From Nanobdellota archaeon (GTDB lineage: Archaea; Nanobdellota; Nanobdellia; Woesearchaeales; CAZZGN01): DNA of 53,340 bases. Of this stretch, positions 45,343-53,340 are shown in pieces (the stretch's first letter is position 1; every line of letters begins with the position of its first letter). Position numbers and translations under genes: made by a program. The stretch is from the NCBI GenBank assembly GCA_051819665.1, contig JBNJDG010000006.1, forward strand, positions 1-53,340. Direction: 5' to 3'. The notes beneath the pieces are model-generated. The model had not been told where the DNA came from. It did no database searches and worked only from the letters and a program-made list of their open reading frames with translations.

Positions 45343-48051
45343 TCATATCCCTTTCATTATTTCCGGTAGTTCTTTGAAATCCTGTATAGAATGGTCTGCT
45401 CTTTCATCCTCCCCGAAGATTATCGTGGTCGCATTCATCTCCTTTGGTATGGCCAGGTCCTTATCAAAATCATCTCCTATGATCACGCATTCGTCCGCTT
45501 CGAGGTTGAATCTCTCGAAGACCTTCCTGTAATATTCCTTGCTTGGTTTCATCTTACCTATCTGGGGGGAAGTAATAACCATATCGAACTCGTTGATTAT
45601 GTCAAGGGCCTTAAGTTTCTCTTTGGTTAAGTTGTCTTCACTGAATACTATTTTCAGATAGTTCTTGAGAAGCGGAAGGGCCTCCCTGAATCCCTTGTTA
45701 AGCCTTATCTCTTTCATTATAGTGTTCTTGAATCTTTCATGCGCTTTATTATGATTCTTTGAACCTAGAGCTTCGGCAAGCCTTGCGTATGAGTATTCTC
45801 TTGTCCTCTTCTCCGGGTCTTTTTCTTTGATGAGTTCCTTGACGATCTCTTTCCATCTTTCATATGCCTTAGCAGGGTCATCAGAAAGCTCTTTCATGGC
45901 TTCCATATCGGCTTTTTCCGCAATCTCCTTAGTCCTGTATATAGTATTGTCTGCATCGAAGAGTATGGCCCTTATCAGCTTATCCCTGACAATATCCTCA
46001 TTCACGAGCTTGTATGGGAAGACCATCTTGCCCGGTTTAGAGGTTATGTTGTCCTCAATGGTCACATTCTCTCCTGTGAAAAGACCTGCCTTCCTGATGT
46101 TCGGGTTCACGAACCTCCCTTTAACATAAATGCTTTCAGGGTTTTCAGATTCTGTCCTGAAATTGTCTCCTATCGTATTGTCCTCTCCAAGGACGCTGGC
46201 GTCTATGAAACAGTCTTTCCCTATCTTGGTGCCTCTCATTACCACTGAATCCCTTATCCTTGTCCCTTTGCCTATATAACCGTCTATAGAGCAATAACCT
46301 TCTATCTTGACATCATCAGCGATGACAGCTCTGGGAGAGACATAACTTTCTCTGCTTATCTCCGCGTTCCCTATATTATTGCTGAGATGGCCTCCGCCGA
46401 ATCTCCTTAGCATAAGCCTGTTGACTTCCAGGATGTTCCATGCCCTCCCCAGATCAACCCTGGTGGCTTCTGTTATCCAGTACTCTACATCGGAGTTTTC
46501 CATAAGATAAGCCTGGGGTGGTTTATTTGGCTTGATACCTTCTCTTTCAAGTGCATTGAATAACACATCTGCATTGATTATACTCAGGCCTACATTTGCG
46601 AGATTAGAGGGAGCGTTCTCTTTCGGTTTCTCTTTTATGCCTTTGATCTTCTCCCCCTCGAATTCTATTATTCCGTATTCACTTGGGTCTTCTACCCTTC
46701 TTAGTGTAAGTACGTTCTTCTCGTCCCTGTGTTTGTCAAGGATCTTTCTCGTCTCATCATCTGAAGATATGCTGTCTCCGTATTTTAGTATGAAGATGCT
46801 GTGCTTTATATGCTCTCTTGCAGAATATATGGCATCTGCAGGCCCTCTCTGTTTTTCCTGTATGACGAATTTTATATCTGCTGTATAATTGTTGGCAAAG
46901 TAGCTTCTTATCTGTCTTATGTTGTCCTTATTGCATACAATGGTGATGTCTTCAATTCCATTATCGAGCATCTCATCCACATGGTGTGCCAGGAGGGGTT
47001 TCCCGAGGAAAGGGATCATCGTCTTTGATTTGGATAATGAGAAAGGCTTCATCCTCGTTCCATTGCCTGCGGCAAGAATCAGGCCTTTAACTTCCTTCTT
47101 CACCAGGCCCATAAGGGCATCAGCAGTTTTCCCCGGATCATGCCTTATGCTGCTCACCTTGTTCCATTCGGCCTTTTTCCCTTCCTTCTTCAGGATATCT
47201 CTCTCGATAATCTCTGTCCTTATGTTCTCTTTGTCCTTCTTTATCTCATATCCTCCTTCTTTCTCGTATTCTTTGAGAATCTCTCTCGGAATTGGGCCCT
47301 TATGGAGAAGCACATAATCCAGTCCTCCGCAGTATCTTGAAGCCTCGTTTACGTGTTCCGAGGCACTATATCCGTCTGTCTGGCCCGCCTGGGTGATCAT
47401 ATTGGAGACGAATACTTTCTTTCCTTCGGTCTCCATCATGGCTTTCCTTAAACCGGGAAGGAGGAAGTGGACAAGAACACTTGTATAGAGGCTCCCCGGC
47501 CCTATGACTATGAGGTCTGCTTTCTTCACTGCATTAATGGCGTCCTTTGTGGCTTCCGCATCCTCATCCTTCAGGAATATCTTCTTTATTTTCGATTTGT
47601 TTGGGGCTCTTACATTGAGCTCTTCCTCCACGATGCTTCCGTCTTCAAGTTCGGCACACACATGGGTGTTCTTCTCAGTAGAAGGTATTACCTTCCCATG
47701 TATCCTCAGGATCTCACTCATATGCTTGATGCCCTTACTAAGACTGCCTTCCACCTTGGTCATTGCTGTCAGCAGAAGGTTCCCCATGCTCATGCCTTTC
47801 AGATCCTCTCCCTTGTCGAACCTGTACTGTAGAACATCCTTGAAGAGGGGCTCAGAATCAGACAAGGCTATAAGGCAGTTCCTTAGATCTCCCGGGGCAG
47901 GGATATCGAAATTCCTCCTGATGACCCCTGTGCTCCTTCCCGAGTCTGTGACAGCGACGATTCCTGTAATGTTACAGTCATATTCCTTGAGTCCTCTGAG
48001 GATCTCGGATTGTCCGGTTCCTCCTCCGATGCAGACGATATTCGGTTTCAT
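45343..48051 (-). CDS. Fusion: YvcK/GlmR (CofD-like) + sugar-phosphate nucleotidyltransferase + LbH + HAD hydrolase
   Basis: aa 1-318 IGGGTG, DSGRSTG, PGDLRN, GPGSLYTS, RHDP; aa ~320-555 LILAAGNGTRMKP, KTMIPFLGKP, YGD, EKP; hexapeptide region; aa ~697-902 ILFDADNT, KP, IGDDFDKDL. Confidence 0.9.
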   Translation of the reverse strand: MKPNIVCIGGGTGQSEILRGLKEYDCNITGIVAVTDSGRSTGVIRRNFDIPAPGDLRNCLIALSDSEPLFKDVLQYRFDKGEDLKGMSMGNLLLTAMTKVEGSLSKGIKHMSEILRIHGKVIPSTEKNTHVCAELEDGSIVEEELNVRAPNKSKIKKIFLKDEDAEATKDAINAVKKADLIVIGPGSLYTSVLVHFLLPGLRKAMMETEGKKVFVSNMITQAGQTDGYSASEHVNEASRYCGGLDYVLLHKGPIPREILKEYEKEGGYEIKKDKENIRTEIIERDILKKEGKKAEWNKVSSIRHDPGKTADALMGLVKKEVKGLILAAGNGTRMKPFSLSKSKTMIPFLGKPLLAHHVDEMLDNGIEDITIVCNKDNIRQIRSYFANNYTADIKFVIQEKQRGPADAIYSAREHIKHSIFILKYGDSISSDDETRKILDKHRDEKNVLTLRRVEDPSEYGIIEFEGEKIKGIKEKPKENAPSNLANVGLSIINADVLFNALEREGIKPNKPPQAYLMENSDVEYWITEATRVDLGRAWNILEVNRLMLRRFGGGHLSNNIGNAEISRESYVSPRAVIADDVKIEGYCSIDGYIGKGTRIRDSVVMRGTKIGKDCFIDASVLGEDNTIGDNFRTESENPESIYVKGRFVNPNIRKAGLFTGENVTIEDNITSKPGKMVFPYKLVNEDIVRDKLIRAILFDADNTIYRTKEIAEKADMEAMKELSDDPAKAYERWKEIVKELIKEKDPEKRTREYSYARLAEALGSKNHNKAHERFKNTIMKEIRLNKGFREALPLLKNYLKIVFSEDNLTKEKLKALDIINEFDMVITSPQIGKMKPSKEYYRKVFERFNLEADECVIIGDDFDKDLAIPKEMNATTIIFGEDERADHSIQDFKELPEIMKGI

Positions 48052-48317
48052 ATAAGCATCATTCGGGAAGGTTCTTTTATAATTTACTGTGAATGGATTT
48101 ATATCAATCAGAACAAAAAGATATTTTTGGGTTTTTATTTATTTAAGAATAAATATTTTTATTTTTTGGCTTTGAATAAGGGTTTTTTATTCTTTTAGGA
48201 CATTTTAATGCATGAAATGATTTTACTGGCCATTCGATTATTATTAATATCCATAATAATATTTTAAATTTAATCAAAATAATAAAATTTATTAATAACG
48301 GTCTCTTCCTCTCTTTT

Positions 48318-49268
48318 ATGTATGGTCAGCAGAAGGACACATATATCATGAAGAGGAGTGGAAAGGGATTCGTTTACTCTCCTGCCAGGATGCTGGAGAA
48401 TCCGGAAAGCCTTAAGGTGATAAGCAGTCCTGTAAGGATAAGGATCCTTTCCCTGCTTTCACAAAGGGGCATGTACCCTTCAGAATTGTCAGGATCTCTC
48501 GGAATGAATGAGCAGAAGGTGTATTATCATCTTAAGCAGCTCCATAACCAAGGGGTTCTTGAGGTCATCGAGAAGAAAGAGATAAGAGGGGCTGTGGCGA
48601 AGAAGTACGCTTCTTCTGTCCTGAATTTTGCTGTCTCTCTGGGTGATTCCTGGGAGCCTTTATCCAATCTGAAAGAGACGACTACAAAAGGCGAGAGGTT
48701 CCTGAGGGAATTTGTCAGGGACGGGCAGTTCAACGGTTATGTTGTGGTGGGTAGCCCAGATCCACACGGTTCTTTCAGGGCCTATGCGAGAGATGGCCAT
48801 TATGCGATAGATCTCTCTATGTTCCTCGGGAGACATTGTTCTCTTGCAGATTCTTTCAGCGTAAAACTTGATGTTGATGTCATGAACGAGAAGGCCCGTA
48901 ATGAGAACTTAGTGCTTGTCGGAGGGCCTGTTACAAATATGCTTGTCTCTGAGGTGAACTCTCATCTCCCTGTGCGTTTCAGTGATAAGAGACCCTGGGG
49001 TCTTTACAGTACAAAGACTGGCAAGCACTATACGGACGATACAGTCGGGCTTATAGCCAAGATACCGAATCCTTTCAATCGGGAGAAGTCGATAATCCTT
49101 TTGGCGGGGATAAGGTACATAGGTACAAAGGCTGCTGTGATGGCGCTGACCAGGAAGGTTTCACTTTTGCTCAAAGACTATGGGGACAGCAGGGCATGGT
49201 CTTCTGTAGTCCAGGGTTTCGATCTTGACAGTGATGGGAAGATAGATTCGGTAGAGATACTTGAATGA
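48318..49268 (+). CDS. ArsR-type wHTH regulator with a C-terminal ligand-binding-like domain
   Basis: SSPVRIRIL, YPSELS, EQKVYYHLKQL; C-terminal VVGSPDPHG, NLVLVGGPVTN, AGIRYIGT; divergent from the glm operon. Confidence 0.82.
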   Translation: MYGQQKDTYIMKRSGKGFVYSPARMLENPESLKVISSPVRIRILSLLSQRGMYPSELSGSLGMNEQKVYYHLKQLHNQGVLEVIEKKEIRGAVAKKYASSVLNFAVSLGDSWEPLSNLKETTTKGERFLREFVRDGQFNGYVVVGSPDPHGSFRAYARDGHYAIDLSMFLGRHCSLADSFSVKLDVDVMNEKARNENLVLVGGPVTNMLVSEVNSHLPVRFSDKRPWGLYSTKTGKHYTDDTVGLIAKIPNPFNREKSIILLAGIRYIGTKAAVMALTRKVSLLLKDYGDSRAWSSVVQGFDLDSDGKIDSVEILE

Positions 49269-49439
49269 TCTTATGAATTGTTAGAGAATTCTCTGGCCAT
49301 TTAGCCTGTTTCCCTTTATACAAAGGGTCTTTGTGACTGCAGGGTTCATGATTTAATAGTGCCTAACCGCTTAACGTCGTGAATAACCTCTCACTTTTTG
49401 ACATAAAATATATAAATATGTCTGGGATTTTATCAATAT

Positions 49440-50201
49440 ATGTTCGGAATATTCAGGAAAAAGAAGTCAGTAGAGAAACTGAACCGTAATCTTAATTTTG
49501 CATTCTCCAAGCTTGATAATGACATAAGTAATATGCAGGCATGGGTGAATCATCTTAAGGAGAGGAATGAAAACATAGAGTACTCTCACTCTTCCCATGT
49601 GGATCTTACAAGAAGGGATCTTGATTCTCTCTCAAAATGGATGAGGTACCTTTACAATCACAGCATGCAGCTGCATAACAGGTTCAGGGACATGTCCTCG
49701 TATATAAAGAACCTTGAGAAAAACCATAATGCCCTTCAGGAAAGGCTTGCAGAGGTGGAGAAGAGGGTTGAGGGACATGAGAGGACACTTGAGGACAATA
49801 GGAAGGGACATGGGGGTCCTGATTCGAATAATTTTCAAGGACAAGTCAGGGACAAGTCAGGGACAAGTCGAGGACAAGTCGAGGACATGTCCTCGAAATC
49901 TGAGGACATTGATGAAGAGGGTGATAATGCCCCTGATCTGTCTCCTAAGAAAGCATTTAAGGTTAATAGGTCTGCCCTTACCGGTAGTCAGCTTGAATTT
50001 CTTAATCTTCTTTATCATGCAGACCGTCCTCTTTCTTATGAAGAGATATCAAATATGCTCGGGAAGAAAAGTAAAAGTGTGAGAAACCTTATATATGGTC
50101 TTCGTAGCAAGGGTTTAGAGATAAAAAATAAGTATGTTGGTCTTCGTAAAAAAGGGTTTTATATTGATAAGAAAGAGAAACTTAAGTTAACAGGAAGGTA
50201 A
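49440..50201 (+). CDS. Coiled-coil plus C-terminal winged-helix DNA-binding protein with an internal DNA repeat array
   Basis: TATA-like ATATATAAA at about 49408-49416; N-terminus MFGIFRKKK; heptad region aa ~10-112; wHTH LTGSQLEFLNLL..LSYEEISNMLGKKSKSVRNLIYGLRSKG. Confidence 0.85.
   Translation: MFGIFRKKKSVEKLNRNLNFAFSKLDNDISNMQAWVNHLKERNENIEYSHSSHVDLTRRDLDSLSKWMRYLYNHSMQLHNRFRDMSSYIKNLEKNHNALQERLAEVEKRVEGHERTLEDNRKGHGGPDSNNFQGQVRDKSGTSRGQVEDMSSKSEDIDEEGDNAPDLSPKKAFKVNRSALTGSQLEFLNLLYHADRPLSYEEISNMLGKKSKSVRNLIYGLRSKGLEIKNKYVGLRKKGFYIDKKEKLKLTGR
49688..49908. repeat. Intragenic array of GGACA motifs with 10-11 bp phasing
   Basis: GGACA at 49688, 49773, 49783, 49793, 49806, 49839, 49850, 49861, 49872, 49883, 49904; palindrome GGACATGTCC at 49688 and 49883. 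Confidence 0.92.
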
Positions 50202-50276
50202 TGTTTTTCTATATTCTCTTGTTGGATGGTCTATCCAATACATGTTTTTACATACTTCCGTTCTTTTGGTTTTAAT

Positions 50277-50383
50277 GACTTGTCCTGTCCTTGAGGACAT
50301 GTCCTCATGTCCCTAATTTTGAGGACATCTGAGGACATTAAGGGACATCTGGGGACAAGTCAGGGACATGTCCTCAGTTGTCC
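50277..50383. repeat. Intergenic array of the same GGACA/TGTCC motif
   Basis: GGACA at 50295, 50323, 50333, 50343, 50353, 50364; TGTCC at 50281, 50286, 50300, 50308, 50369, 50379; perfect palindrome TGAGGACATGTCCTCA at 50292-50307. Confidence 0.92.
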
Positions 50384-50483
50384 TTATTTCGTATATTTTT
50401 CATTTTAGCTGAAAGAATTCCTGATTTTTGGTCTGATTTCGGAAATTCATACAATCAGGCATATATCACATGCCCTGAGAAGC

Positions 50484-50999
50484 TTATATGAGGGCCTTTA
50501 GCCTTTCCTTTGCTTTTTCCAGAGTTTCTTCTGGTTTGCCGGTAGTGTCTATCTCTATTATCTTATGTCCGTTTTCTCTTGCTTCAGTGAGGATCGTCTC
50601 GAAAATCTCTGAATCAAGGTTCTCCCTTACTTTTTCCTGGCTGTATCCTCTTTTGGTGAGTCTCTCTTTCAATTGTTTAAGTTCGGTCCTGCAAACAATA
50701 CAGGCCGGGCTCATCTCTTCAGGGAGATAATGTGCCAGGTGTCCTTCTATCAGGATAGTGTCCTCACTTTTTGCGATCTCTTCTTTAAGTATTTTTGCCA
50801 GTTTCTCTGTATCTACTTCATATGTGTCTCTTTCTCTGTCATATCTTTCGAAGAGATCATGTTTTCGGGCGAAATCAGTGAGGTTTATCAGCTTTTTTTT
50901 AAACGAAAGTGAGAGTTTTTTTGCCAGGGTGGATTTTCCGGTTCCAGGTGTGCCTGTTACAAGTACTGCTTTTTTTGCTCTTTCTCCCTTTCTTTTCAT
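50484..50999 (-). CDS. Adenylate kinase AK6/Fap7-type
   Basis: VTGTPGTGKST, IEGHLAH, RLTKRGYSQEKVRENLDSE. Confidence 0.9.
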   Translation of the reverse strand: MKRKGERAKKAVLVTGTPGTGKSTLAKKLSLSFKKKLINLTDFARKHDLFERYDRERDTYEVDTEKLAKILKEEIAKSEDTILIEGHLAHYLPEEMSPACIVCRTELKQLKERLTKRGYSQEKVRENLDSEIFETILTEARENGHKIIEIDTTGKPEETLEKAKERLKALI

Positions 51000-51676
51000 T
51001 TTATCGTTCTTTTCACGTGATCTTTTACCTCATCCGGGAGGTCAAGTTCAAGGAATTCCTCTTTATCAAGAAAATCCAGGTTGTTTTTATTAATGAAAGT
51101 GAGAGTTTCTTCTATATAACCGGTTGTTATCGTGTTCTTTTTGTTGTTCTTATTGACTATACTCATCTCGGAAAGGGTCCCTTTTTCTTTCAGGAGCCTG
51201 TATGCACTCTCCAGTGGGCTTTCTCCCAGGAATACTTCTCCCGAAAGTGAGTTCTCCTTATCTTCTACGAGTATCTTTCCGTCTTTTCCCTTGATTACAG
51301 GGTAGACCTTCTTCCTGTTCAGATCATACTGTCTGCATTCTTCTTTCGTTGCTATGCCTATGCTGTGGCCTTTCGGAGAGATTATCTCCCTGTAGTTTTC
51401 TTTAAGGAAAGTGAGACTTTCGTCCTTTGTCTTCTTTTCGGCTTCAGTCACGGGCAGCCAGATGACTCTCTTGAACCCATCCCTTGCTTTCAGGTTTCCC
51501 TCCCAGTAGCTTATCAGGTAGAAGTGAGGGGATTCATGGTAGTCTTCTATCTCTATTCCGGGGTATTGTGGTTCTCCTTCTGTTTCAGGAAGGGAAAATT
51601 CACCGGAAGTGAGGTCTACTTCAAGTGCGACTTTCCTCTCGCTATAGAATAATATAGGTTTATTAGCTCCCGCCAT
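50996..51676 (-). CDS. Hypothetical protein with a degenerate Nudix-like C-terminal region
   Basis: GEVFLGESPLESAYRLLKEKG resembles GX5EX7REUXEEXG; overlaps the AK6 start. Confidence 0.55.
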   Translation of the reverse strand: MAGANKPILFYSERKVALEVDLTSGEFSLPETEGEPQYPGIEIEDYHESPHFYLISYWEGNLKARDGFKRVIWLPVTEAEKKTKDESLTFLKENYREIISPKGHSIGIATKEECRQYDLNRKKVYPVIKGKDGKILVEDKENSLSGEVFLGESPLESAYRLLKEKGTLSEMSIVNKNNKKNTITTGYIEETLTFINKNNLDFLDKEEFLELDLPDEVKDHVKRTIK

Positions 51677-51966
51677 AAAGTGAGATTTGATACAGGTTTA
51701 TATAAACTTTTCCATAGTAACATTGGTTCTCCTCTTTATTTTAGGCACTATTGTCAGAATGTCTTTGTTTCCTTTTCTTGCTTTTTTTATCGGGCTTCTG
51801 GGGAGTTTGGCTTGTTATGCTTATTACTGTTATGAGCAGAAATATCCCCATGATGAGATAGGGTATAAATGTGGTGCCTTTTGCAGCGGGTGAGAGATAT
51901 ATTAATACCATATCTATGGATGTATAATAATCATTTATTAATTGTTTGCCCTTATCTCCGGAGTTT

Positions 51967-52830
51967 TTATGGGAAGAGTGTAACCATTTTGCTCGTCAGC
52001 GGAGGAATATTGGTCCTTTTCGTCAGCGGTTTCCCTTCGGGTGTGTAGAAGGTGAGCTTAATATAATCTGCTTCCGGGATCCTATCCTCCGTTTCAAGGT
52101 GTATCTTGATCATATCTCCGTGCTTCAGGTATCCTTCTTCCTGATTATCCGATTCCATTGCATATTCGACATTATATATGCCTTCTCCCTTTTTTTTCGG
52201 CAGTATGGTTGTCTCCATGCCTTTGAGGATATGCGCTTCCTCTGTTGATCCGGATATATTCATCTTTCCGAACCGGGTTCCGTCTTTCTCGATGCTGAAT
52301 ACATCGTTTATAGAGACTCCTGTTTCATTTATCCTCGGAATCTCTACATCCACAAGACCTTTCTCGCTCAGATTGAATCTCAGTCTTGTATCGTTCTTCA
52401 CCCTTACAGAATCCTCTTCCAGATCTCCGTCAAGATCCGTCAACAGGGGTTTCTCGGAATGGTTTATTTCTCCCTTTAATTCTCTGTCCTTATTTGTGAA
52501 ATACCTGTCTTCACTGTAACTAAGGGTGGTACTGGTTCTGGGGGAATGGACTGCGATCATGAGGTCTTCCAGTTTGAGTGACCGGCTGCTCGGCCCGACT
52601 TTCACAAGAAGGCTCAGTTCTTCTATGGCTTTCTTCGATACTTCCCCCTTCACTCTTTCGAGTTTGAGATCCATGCCGATGGCTTCTCTGGCTTCTCTGC
52701 CTGTACTGAGTGCATCACTCTGCAGGGACCTTTGAGTATGGAGTATGACGCCTGCTCCTATTGATGCCGCAAGTATTCCGGATATGAACACTATCAGGGT
52801 GCCGATACCTATTACTCCTTTCTTTCTCAT
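51967..52830 (-). CDS. Archaellin-like protein (class III signal peptide)
   Basis: MRKKG|VIGIGTLIVFISGILAASIGAGVIL...LQSDALSTG matches the archaellin N-terminus; C-terminal LKHGD...TPEG..T pattern. Confidence 0.8.
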   Translation of the reverse strand: MRKKGVIGIGTLIVFISGILAASIGAGVILHTQRSLQSDALSTGREAREAIGMDLKLERVKGEVSKKAIEELSLLVKVGPSSRSLKLEDLMIAVHSPRTSTTLSYSEDRYFTNKDRELKGEINHSEKPLLTDLDGDLEEDSVRVKNDTRLRFNLSEKGLVDVEIPRINETGVSINDVFSIEKDGTRFGKMNISGSTEEAHILKGMETTILPKKKGEGIYNVEYAMESDNQEEGYLKHGDMIKIHLETEDRIPEADYIKLTFYTPEGKPLTKRTNIPPLTSKMVTLFP

Positions 52831-52952
52831 GTTCTTATTTATCCTCTTTTGTGTTAATAAGTTTTGTGTTGTTCTTATTATTTAATACTAATAAAACTTT
52901 TTATACTGCCTCATATAGTGATTAGATTATAGAAATAGAATATGGTGGTTAC

Positions 52953-53340
52953 ATGGGTTTTTTCAGCTTTTTAAAGAAAAAGAAATCAGGTTCTTCGAAT
53001 GGAGAAAAGGATTCCTCTATCCATTTTCCGGGCAAGGATGGTTCCGGCGGCCAGGGTATGCCTCAGCCTCCGAAGCCCCCCGCAGGTAGTGGAAGCCAAC
53101 AGCCCGGTGGCCAGGGCAGTATGCCTCAGCCTCCAAAGCCTCCCGCAGGTAGCGGAAGCCAACAGCCTGGTGGCCAGGGCAGTATGCCTCAGCCCCCGAA
53201 GCCTCCCGCAGGTAGTGGAAGTCAGCAATCTGGTGGCCAGGGTATGCCTCAGCCTCCAAAGCCTCCCGCAGGTAGTGGAAGTCAGCAATCTGGCGGTCAG
53301 GACAGGATAGCAGATGATCTTTCTCCGCAGGGCCAACAGG
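52953..53340 (+). CDS. Pro/Gly/Gln-rich repeat protein (partial, runs off the right edge)
   Basis: SD-like GGTGG then MGFFSFLKKKKSGSSNGEKDSSIHFPGKDGS(GGQG[S]MPQPPKPPAGSGSQQ[P/S])x4; frame open to the edge. Confidence 0.82.
   Translation, partial: MGFFSFLKKKKSGSSNGEKDSSIHFPGKDGSGGQGMPQPPKPPAGSGSQQPGGQGSMPQPPKPPAGSGSQQPGGQGSMPQPPKPPAGSGSQQSGGQGMPQPPKPPAGSGSQQSGGQDRIADDLSPQGQQ
53046..53300 (+). repeat. Coding tandem repeat, four units of 60/63 bp
   Basis: Units start at 53046, 53106, 53169, 53232, with a partial unit at 53292; differences are mostly synonymous in the 52953 frame. Confidence 0.93.

Noticed and set aside
48052..48317. AT-rich intergenic region as a second origin or a glmS ribozyme
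   Set aside because: No ORB boxes and no recognisable ribozyme core; explained as a divergent promoter region.
49714..50082. Alternative-frame 122-aa ORF inside the wHTH gene
   Set aside because: A by-product of stop-poor repeats; no independent start signals.
49688..50383. GGACA arrays as a CRISPR array, and their match to the p53 half-site RRRCWWGYYY
   Set aside because: Units are 10-11 bp with no unique spacers and no cas genes; the p53 resemblance is treated as coincidence in an archaeon.
51687..51893. Small hydrophobic Cys/Tyr-rich ORF
   Set aside because: TTG start overlaps the divergent promoter and no family is recognisable. A shorter version from ATG 51759 is possible but unsupported.
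52986..53336. ORF-track calls 52986..53336(-), 52999..53310(+) and 53017..53259(-), or a CRISPR-like reading of the repeat
   Set aside because: Variation between units is mostly synonymous in the frame starting at 52953, so this is a coding tandem repeat without spacers.

Overview
Archaeal chromosomal segment, most likely from a DPANN lineage such as Woesearchaeota (inferred from gene content and protein style, not from a database search). From left to right: (1) polC(DP2)-polB(DP1)-cdc6/orc1, followed by a replication origin with inverted ORB boxes around an AT-rich element; (2) an AbiEi/AbiEii type IV toxin-antitoxin pair; (3) housekeeping genes (R15P isomerase, TFE, Hjc, RNase Z, EndA, FEN1, Trm5, PAN, TyrRS, RFC-S, AK6) and an unannotated box C/D sRNA; (4) a ~12 kb [NiFe]-hydrogenase island with a group 2-like cytosolic enzyme, hypABCDEF, a maturation protease, NikR, an HxlR-type regulator and a NikMNQO/CbiMNQO transporter whose nikM carries an in-frame TAA; (5) a tandem array of paralogous surface lipoproteins; (6) an amino-sugar operon headed by a YvcK/GlmR-nucleotidyltransferase-LbH-HAD fusion upstream of glmS; (7) an archaellin-like gene and a Pro/Gly/Gln tandem-repeat protein. 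The best candidate for an undescribed system is the coiled-coil/winged-helix gene at 49440-50201. Its own coding sequence and its downstream intergenic region both carry helically phased arrays of one DNA motif (GGACA, palindrome GGACATGTCC), and the motif recurs 36 kb away inside another gene. This suggests a self-encoded centromere- or iteron-like binding module. No rRNA, tRNA, CRISPR array or transposase was recognised.
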